Under the pieces are notes generated by a model that worked only from the letters and a program-made list of their open reading frames with translations, searched no databases and was not told the origin of the DNA. A program made the position numbers and the translations under genes. Of a DNA stretch of 64,000 nt, positions 52,988 through 60,232 are shown piece after piece. Source of the DNA: Andalucia godoyi And28 (Eukaryota; Protista; Jakobida); NCBI GenBank assembly GCA_009859145.1, contig VRVR01000003.1, positions 7,066-71,065 on the forward strand. The letters are read 5' to 3'. Numbering within the stretch: position 1 is the stretch's first letter; each line of letters begins with the position of its first letter.

Positions 52988-54355
52988 ATGTCGTCGGTAT
53001 GGGACCAAGTACTCGCTGATGCGCAAGCAACGAATTCGCAACCAAACCACACACTTCTTGTGGTTGGGACGGAGGGTTGTGGCAAGTCGCATCTTTTGCA
53101 TCGACTGTTCCCACCAGCAAATCGATCCGCGTATTCTGGAGTCGGTGGATCGCATCGTGCGTCGCTCTTCATGGATTATGCATTTGTAGATCTCTCGAAT
53201 CCACACGCAAACATGGACTCAGCAAGAGTGCATGTATGGCAGGCTTCCGATCCTCAGCAAATGGACATGCTGGATTTATGTCTTTCGCGCGCCGAGTTGA
53301 ACCACCCAAACGCTTCTTCCACGAACACTGTAGGGGCAGCTTCATCATCATCATCATCATCATCCGGGATATCGTCGTCGTCGTCGGCGGCGTCGCTGTC
53401 CAATGTGGGCTCCAACGCTGGAGTGAATGGGACTATCGGTGGCTCTCGTGCACCGTCTCCAATTCCTTTTCAAAAGGGCGCTCGCAGCAGCGCGGTTTCG
53501 GCGGACTCGGTTCCTGGGTCCCCAACGGAACCTGTGCTTTCTCCTTCCATGTCCTTGTCCTCTTCTTCGTTATTGGGGGCTGCTTTGGGACGTATCCCAG
53601 TGACTGTGTTTTTCGTGTTGGATTTGTCGCAACCCTGGTTCCTCGAGTCACAATTCAACGCTTGGATTCCCAAGCTATTCGACCCCAAGAATCACTACGA
53701 GGTTGCAAACTTGGTCATGGTTGGGGCGAAGTCGGAGATGATGGACGAAGCACAGCGCGAATGGAGTGCAAGGCGAAAGAGAAGGGAATTGAGTGACTTG
53801 CATTTCCGAAATTACATCCAGTTTTGGTTCAGAAAACAGGCGCTGTCCATTACAGGTACGAAGATCTGGATCGTATTTGTTTCTTCTTCCACAGGACGAA
53901 ACATTGATGTCTTGTCGAGATTATGCCACCATTTGTTCCTGGGTGTTGCAGTGGACGACAAGAGACAAGTGGACGACATGGATGCATTGTTCATGCCGCC
54001 AGGGGCAGACAGCCAGACATCCGTTTCACGTATTGTGATTGATAACGAGTTTGCAACCCCGTTCCAACAAGTCATCCCTGCGCCGGAAAAGACAGAAGCA
54101 GCTCGCGCAGACAACGATCCTTCTTTCGTGGAGTGGTCGGGCTTCCTGCGGAAGCATTGGAATTTTGGTGCTGCTCAGCTGTCGAAATCGGACGCCATGT
54201 CCAGTGCGGTTCTTGGTGGGTCTGGAGGCGTGCCTGTATCTTCTGGCTCTCAAAGCGAAAACGCTGTTGAGGCTGGTGCATCGTCGTTTTTCAAGAACAT
54301 GCTGAATCGATATCAGAGCTCCTCCAATCTGAATGCAGAACCAGTCAAGCGGTAA
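52988..54355 (+). CDS. DYNC1LI: Cytoplasmic dynein 1 light intermediate chain
   Basis: VWDQVL...LLVVGTEGCGKS P-loop; FVLDLSQPW; HFRNYIQFWFRK; ALFMPPGADS; C-terminal adaptor helix SSFFKNML. Confidence 0.85.
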   Translation: MSSVWDQVLADAQATNSQPNHTLLVVGTEGCGKSHLLHRLFPPANRSAYSGVGGSHRASLFMDYAFVDLSNPHANMDSARVHVWQASDPQQMDMLDLCLSRAELNHPNASSTNTVGAASSSSSSSSGISSSSSAASLSNVGSNAGVNGTIGGSRAPSPIPFQKGARSSAVSADSVPGSPTEPVLSPSMSLSSSSLLGAALGRIPVTVFFVLDLSQPWFLESQFNAWIPKLFDPKNHYEVANLVMVGAKSEMMDEAQREWSARRKRRELSDLHFRNYIQFWFRKQALSITGTKIWIVFVSSSTGRNIDVLSRLCHHLFLGVAVDDKRQVDDMDALFMPPGADSQTSVSRIVIDNEFATPFQQVIPAPEKTEAARADNDPSFVEWSGFLRKHWNFGAAQLSKSDAMSSAVLGGSGGVPVSSGSQSENAVEAGASSFFKNMLNRYQSSSNLNAEPVKR

Positions 54356-54382
54356 TCCGCGTGGAGGTGCAGCGCGTTTTAG

Positions 54383-54460
54383 TCCCCTCCCCTCCCCTCC
54401 CCTCCCCTCCCCTCCCCTCCCTCCTCCCTCCTCCTCCTCCCTCTCTCTCTCTCTCTCTCT
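54383..54460. repeat. Polypyrimidine compound repeat (TCCCC)n-(CCT)n-(CT)n
   Basis: Read directly, in the spacer between convergent genes. Confidence 0.9.
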
Positions 54461-54638
54461 TTCTCGTCCGTATGATCCAGACGGGTAATGCTTGTTGTTG
54501 TATTTGCAGTTCTCATCCAAATTGCCTCCTTTTATTATTATTTTTTAATTGTAAACTGTTAGAGAACCAATTTTGCCATTAACGGGGTTGCTGCTCTTCG
54601 GTATGGCAAATTCTTTGGCATGCTCGCTCAAGCATCAG

Positions 54639-56117
54639 TTACTTGCGACCTTGCAACAAAGAAAGAAGAGCGGATGCTGTACTGGAATGCGCTGTCTGCT
54701 GTTGTGGTTGGTGCTGCTGTGGCTGCATGTGACCCTGAGTATGCATGGGCATGGGCATGGGCATGGGCATTGGGTTTTGCATGGGTACTGGGATTGGCTG
54801 TGTTCCAACTTGCTGTGCATTTTGTGATTGGGCCTTGACAAGAGATGCAAGCAACTCTGATGCAGACTGCTGGTTCATTCCTTGCTGATCCGGACCCTTG
54901 ATCGCCGAGATGAGTCCCAGCAAAGCCGACACGTTATTCGCGGCTGCCTGCTGGCCTTGCGACATGAATGCGGGAGACGACGGGATGTACTGTTGCTGAT
55001 GTGCCACCGGCATGTACGCCGCGCCTTGTGGCGGATTTTGCGGTGTAATCTGTTGCGGAGGTGGTGCATACGTGGGCATTCCACCGACCATTGGCTGGTA
55101 ATGCGGATACTGTACGGAAGGCAGGTACTGTTGCTGCTGCTGCTGTTGTTGTTGTTGTTGTTGCTGCTGCTGGTGTTGCTGCAAGACGTGTCCGTGTCCA
55201 TGTCCGTGGCCGTGTCCGTGGCCGTGCCCTTGTGGGCTGATTCCTCCCATGTGCTGCACATTCATCGAGTGCATATGGGCCATCGGGTTCATGGTCGCAA
55301 ATCTGTTTCGCAAGCACTCGCTGATTTCTTCCGGAGTGGTTCTGTGGTCCTGATGCATAAAGTTGATGGCATCTTGCAGCACGACGTCTTGCGCTGCCTT
55401 GTCTCCCGAACGGAAGCTGACCTGCATCCCGTGTTCTTCGTGCTGCCTATGCACCAGCAGCGTGTACTTCAGGCCATCTGCTGCAGCCCGGTGAAGTTTG
55501 TCTGTCAACGACGCTCTGTCTGCGATCTCGAGGCTTACAGATATCGCACACCGCTGAATCATCTCCACAACGTAATCGCAGTACGGACGAAGCATGGAGT
55601 GCATGCAAAACACAATGCATTGCGGAACCCCAGGATTCCGCTTGTACTGCTTCTCTGGGCGTCTGTCTCGCTCCCGACCATTGAAATCTCGTTCTCTGTC
55701 TCCGCCACGGAAATCGCGCTCTCGTCCACGATCCCGGTGAAGATCGCGGTCGCGGTCACGGTCACGGTCGCGATGAACGTCGCGATCGCGGTCTCTGTCT
55801 CTGTCTCTGTCTCGTTCGCGGTCTTCATGGGTATCTCCTGGAACGTCCTCTCGGTCACGTTTGCGACTCAAATGATCACGCTCGTCTGCAACCAGCAGGC
55901 TCACGACTCGTGATCCAATCATCTTTCCTTGTTCGCCGGCTATCGCCCGAAGAACAGAGTCCGTATTATCATATTGGATGAATCCAAAGCCGTAATGAAG
56001 CTTCACGTCCTCAATGCGGCCGTATACAGAAAATATGCGTTCCACTTCCGACTTGCTCACGCCGCGAGTGTCCAAACAGCCTATGAAAAGGCGCGATCCA
56101 ACTGGATATCGTGGCAT
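54639..56117 (-). CDS. RRM protein, Nab3/NCOA5-like (hnRNPC-type RRM, RD repeat, anticodon-binding-like alpha/beta domain, polyQ low-complexity tail)
   Basis: RRM SRLFIGCL...YGFGFIQY; (RD)n tract; PQCIVF...YCDYV...KYTLLVHRQHEEH resembles the NCOA5 core; GH repeat, polyQ and MP repeat. ATG at 56117. Confidence 0.75.
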   Translation of the reverse strand: MPRYPVGSRLFIGCLDTRGVSKSEVERIFSVYGRIEDVKLHYGFGFIQYDNTDSVLRAIAGEQGKMIGSRVVSLLVADERDHLSRKRDREDVPGDTHEDRERDRDRDRDRDRDVHRDRDRDRDRDLHRDRGRERDFRGGDRERDFNGRERDRRPEKQYKRNPGVPQCIVFCMHSMLRPYCDYVVEMIQRCAISVSLEIADRASLTDKLHRAAADGLKYTLLVHRQHEEHGMQVSFRSGDKAAQDVVLQDAINFMHQDHRTTPEEISECLRNRFATMNPMAHMHSMNVQHMGGISPQGHGHGHGHGHGHGHVLQQHQQQQQQQQQQQQQQQYLPSVQYPHYQPMVGGMPTYAPPPQQITPQNPPQGAAYMPVAHQQQYIPSSPAFMSQGQQAAANNVSALLGLISAIKGPDQQGMNQQSASELLASLVKAQSQNAQQVGTQPIPVPMQNPMPMPMPMPMHTQGHMQPQQHQPQQQTAHSSTASALLSLLQGRK

Positions 56118-56643
56118 TTGAAAAAGCAAGGAGGGGAAAAAAAGAAGAAGAAAATCTTATAAAAAGAAAACGAAAACCTAAAACACGAGCAAACACACAA
56201 CAACAACCTTTTAATTAAGAAAACTATATATAAATATAATTTTTTTGTTTAAGAAAAATGATATTCAGAGAAGCGAACTCAGTTGGTAAGAACGAATAGA
56301 GAATGAAATAAATATCAACAAAAAAGCAGATAATAAAAGGAAGGGAAAAATCAAAAAGAAAAGGAGGGAAAAGCGCGGTTTTATAAGGTCGCTTTCTGCT
56401 TTTCATTTTTTTCTTTTTTTTGACTGGGAGTCGTGTCTCACACTACGGCTGGCGATACTCTGCATGGATACGAATTGATTTCTAATTGATACTATTGCGA
56501 TGGGGCGTTGTGAAGTGTGTGGAGAAAGGACGTGAGGAGTTCTGTTCGTGCACTTTCGAGTTTTAGTTTTTTGTTTTGTTTTGTTTATTTGGACTTTTGC
56601 GAGGTGGATGAGCACGCATATACAGCGAGCATAGAACCCGAGG

Positions 56644-57348
56644 ATGGCGTTTCAGTCGCATCGACTTCCAGCTTTGCTGCGCGATGCCTTTTCCAATCGG
56701 CTACAGGAGCGGATCACAACTGGAATTCGAGATGCTGCGGCATCGGGGAAGCTGCCTCCGGAAATCGTGTCTTCGATCGAGTTTACGCTTTTTGACCTTG
56801 GATCAGAGCCGTTTGATTTGGAGATTGAATCCGTGCTTCGAGCTGATCCTTTAGAACAGATTGATGGAGTTCGCCAGATTGTGTTCTTCTTCAAATACGC
56901 GGGTTCTGCAGTCGCCGAGTTTCAGTGCGATGTCCAGGTAAATCCAATTTCGGGTCGACACGCGCTGTTTGAAACGCGGATAGTCCAAAAACCAGTCATC
57001 CTGCCGCTCCATCTCCGACTCGAGCATATTCGACTGGGAGGGAAGCTGATGATTACCCAATCCAACGTGAATCCACGAGCAATTCTGCTCTGTGTAAAGT
57101 CGTGTCCGTTTCACGACATGTCCATTCGTTCCAATTTCGAACGGCACATGATGAGCGCTCACGAAACTCTTAGACGAACGCTGATTTCAACGGTAATGCA
57201 GACGTGCGAAAGACTCGTCGACGATGAGTTTGTCATTCATTTGGGCGACGATCCCTCTGCAGATGCGGAACCGGTTTTGCCGCCTTCGACCACCGGCAGT
57301 CGTGTCTCGACGCGCGCCGGGTTCTCCCATGCATCTTCATCATTCTAG
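56644..57348 (+). CDS. MDM34: ERMES SMP-domain protein, Mdm34-like
   Basis: MAF start; KLPPEIVSSI...DLGSEPFDLEI; FKYAGSA...VQVNPI; LPLHLRLEHIRL; PFHDMSIRSNF. These match the motif order of the Mdm34 SMP domain. Confidence 0.75.
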   Translation: MAFQSHRLPALLRDAFSNRLQERITTGIRDAAASGKLPPEIVSSIEFTLFDLGSEPFDLEIESVLRADPLEQIDGVRQIVFFFKYAGSAVAEFQCDVQVNPISGRHALFETRIVQKPVILPLHLRLEHIRLGGKLMITQSNVNPRAILLCVKSCPFHDMSIRSNFERHMMSAHETLRRTLISTVMQTCERLVDDEFVIHLGDDPSADAEPVLPPSTTGSRVSTRAGFSHASSSF

Positions 57349-57373
57349 CTCATTTCTTTTGTTTCAAAAAGAA

Positions 57374-57404
57374 GAATGAATGAATGAATGAATGAATGAA
57401 TGAA
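57374..57404. repeat. (GAAT)n microsatellite, ~7 copies
   Basis: Read directly. Confidence 0.9.
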
Positions 57405-57594
57405 AGTGAAAAACGAAAGGCATTTTGGTGGTGGCCGTTTGGTTCAGGGTGCTATATTTTTATTTCCTTATATTATTATTCACGAAGTTCTGCTGGTGAG
57501 CGTACTACTACTATATTGTATTCTCGTTGTTTTCACGTCCCCGCTTTTCTTGCTTTCTTCTGGTTTTTTTCTTTCTTCTTTTTTCTTTTGGCTC

Positions 57595-59472
57595 TTAAGT
57601 GGATCGCTGCTGCGTCTGCACGCCAGTCTTCAAAGGCGCCTTAGCGCGATCCCGAGTGGAATCGATGGACTGTTTGACGGTTTCCTTCGACGGCATCATT
57701 GATGCAGTGGCATCGACTGCCTGCTTCGCGACGTTTGCAGTCTTGTCAATCATCGATGCGGTTCCCTCGGCGGCCTTGGCTTTGGTATCTTGCACCTTTT
57801 GCACAACAGCGTCCTTTGCTTGGGCGGTTGCCTGGGCGGCTGCTGCCGTGGAGTATGCAATCTTGTCCTTTGCTGCTTGAACAACGTTTGACGCAGCCTC
57901 GCCCATCGTCGGGTGGGCACTTTGCAGCGTTGAATCAGTCTGCATCGATGTTGCGATATTGGCTCGGGGCTGCGAGGACGGCTGGATCAGAGGCGCCGAT
58001 TCCAAGAAGACGGTTTCAACCGGAACGGTTTCCACAAAAATGGCCGCCGGAACAGGCTGCAACAGCGGAGCGCTGGACGTCGAGAACGGATTCGGCTCCT
58101 GCACAAAGTTGCTTGACGTGGACGCACCGGGGCCGAATGTGCCGTGGTCGATTGTGGCTGCCTGCTGCTGCACCGGTGGAAGAGTAAGGGGCTTCGCCGC
58201 CGGTGCAGGAGGTGCGTTGGATGCGTACGAAAACTGCTCAGCGTTGTCCATGCGGAAGTTCGACTCGGTGTCCTTCATCATGGGGAACGGCTTGGAGGCA
58301 CCCAGCAGAATGGGTGCTCCCTCGAGAACCGGCGTCTGCGTGGAAGACGGTCTCTGTGTCTTGGTGGTAGACTGGGCGGTGGCAGACTCAAACGAACCAC
58401 CCGCGCTGGCAGACAGTCCAAGGGTGCCAACGGCGGGTGCGGATGCGGCTTCTGTGGTGGTGGCGCTTGCCTGACCCTCCTGGAGATGAGCTGCGTACGC
58501 CTTTGTCTTCTCCGCGGCTGCATGAACGACCTTTCCCACGGTTTCGACAATATGCTCTGCGGATTGCATGAGAGTCTCCTTCACTGTAGGCATCGCCTCC
58601 CGAGCCTTTTCCGCAACGTAGGTACCCGTCTGAACGGTCGTCTCTGCCAGCTTGTTGCCTACCTGTTTTGCCGTTTCCGTCATGCTAGCAGCAGCTTGGG
58701 CAGTCTTGGCTCCCGCAACATTCGCCGCGCCTTGCAGCTTGCTCATCGTGGTTCCTTCAACCGCGTAGGGCTTGACAGACCCCTTTCCCTCCCCTTCAAA
58801 TACCTCTGCTTCCAGAGGCTGGTCCTGCCAATGCTGTGTTGCACCACCCAGGTACATGAAAGCCGGTTGGTGCGATCGCGGTGCAGTCGCATCCAGAGGT
58901 CGTTCTCCCGGGAGAATCGGCGCGTTCTTGATCTCTTCGAAATCCTCTCCAGTGCGAGCCTGTTTGGTTTCTGAAGGGCTCTCTTTGGCAGAGGGCTGCA
59001 GGGCAGCAGGCACCAGGGAAGGTGCAGCAGAGAAGAATGACTTCGACGACTCTTCCTTCTTTGGTGCGATTTCTTGGACTTTCTCTGCTGCAGGTTGTTC
59101 TTGAATGCGCTTGACGGGCTCTTCTTGAATGCGCTTGGCAGGCTGCTGCACAGGCGCGGCGGCTGCTCGCTGCGCAAGGATCGGTTTTTCAGTCGAAGGC
59201 GGAGCCGCTGCCGGCGCTTTCTTCTCGGGGATGGCAACACCAGAAGCGACAATTCCTGTCCCAATCGTGCTGGTCGATTCCTGCATAGGCTGCAACGGAG
59301 TTGCGCCAGTGTACGGTCCAGTCTGAATTCCGATCTTGAAGTCCTGCATCACAGGATTGCTGATCGGAGCTTGTTGTCCGGAGAATCCAACGATGTTCAT
59401 TCCTTGCTTCTCAGACTGAGCAGTAGGAACGTTGGTATCGACGGGCTTGATGTTTTCTTTAGACGATTGCAT
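57595..59472 (-). CDS. Hydrophilic low-complexity protein with 11-mer amphipathic repeats (group 3 LEA/perilipin-like)
   Basis: ATG 59472 (MQSSKENIK) with a TATAAA box ~160 nt upstream. A/T/Q/E/K/P-rich. Six 11-mers at 58483-58680 and a second block near the C-terminus. Confidence 0.7.
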   Translation of the reverse strand: MQSSKENIKPVDTNVPTAQSEKQGMNIVGFSGQQAPISNPVMQDFKIGIQTGPYTGATPLQPMQESTSTIGTGIVASGVAIPEKKAPAAAPPSTEKPILAQRAAAAPVQQPAKRIQEEPVKRIQEQPAAEKVQEIAPKKEESSKSFFSAAPSLVPAALQPSAKESPSETKQARTGEDFEEIKNAPILPGERPLDATAPRSHQPAFMYLGGATQHWQDQPLEAEVFEGEGKGSVKPYAVEGTTMSKLQGAANVAGAKTAQAAASMTETAKQVGNKLAETTVQTGTYVAEKAREAMPTVKETLMQSAEHIVETVGKVVHAAAEKTKAYAAHLQEGQASATTTEAASAPAVGTLGLSASAGGSFESATAQSTTKTQRPSSTQTPVLEGAPILLGASKPFPMMKDTESNFRMDNAEQFSYASNAPPAPAAKPLTLPPVQQQAATIDHGTFGPGASTSSNFVQEPNPFSTSSAPLLQPVPAAIFVETVPVETVFLESAPLIQPSSQPRANIATSMQTDSTLQSAHPTMGEAASNVVQAAKDKIAYSTAAAAQATAQAKDAVVQKVQDTKAKAAEGTASMIDKTANVAKQAVDATASMMPSKETVKQSIDSTRDRAKAPLKTGVQTQQRST

Positions 59473-60232
59473 TGTTTGTTTTGCTTTGGTGTACGTTGGT
59501 AAACGAAAATAAAACAGAGATAACTTAAAAGATGAGAAAATAGAAATGCGATAAGGAAACGAAAGCTTGAGCAAAGAAGGAAAACCGGAAAGAAAGAAAA
59601 GGACATGTTGTATTCCCAGCGACATCACATGTTTATAACCATGCTGCACCAGTGCAATTGTTTCAAAGTGTTGTGCTGCGGTGTGTTGAACTGTCAAGTG
59701 ATGTTTCGAGTTACTCCCTGCCAGGCATGCGTATGGCTCGCTTGAACCTTGGGGCGTTTCAAGAACATTCCTGAAACGATTCCGTGTTTGGTAATAAACC
59801 CTCCAACCCCAAACGACTGGTGGGACGGCTATGATGAAATCATCGGATAATATGGCTGAGTTGGCAGCCGTCGACATTGCTGTTGAGTGAAGGCCGACCT
59901 TTTTCTTCTGCAGATTGCTGCTACAGGTTGCTGCTGTCGTCGTTGTTATTCTTGTCGCGGCGGCGTAGGAGTGCAGACCGAGGCCCAATGAGAGACACTG
60001 TCGAATATTGACAACCCGATTCCTTGTAATTGATGATGGGCACTGATGCTGATTGCAAAGGTCCCCTTTCCGCCAAATAATCTGTTTTTGAGGCGCAGCA
60101 TGCGAGACAAATGCTTTGGAGAGGCTTTGGGTTGGAGGGTGATACTCGAAAGCCGTCTTTTGTTTTTCTTCTGCCACCCGGACAACGTCCATCTGTTTTT
60201 ATTTTTTATATTTTTTAAAATTAATATTACTA

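Noticed and set aside
54882-55913. Long antisense ORFs (54882-55913, also 51126-52082, 58144-58974, 36881-37570, 33181-34074, 44166-44855)
   Set aside because: These are shadow ORFs opposite well-supported genes, explained by codon bias and repeats. They have no recognisable motifs.
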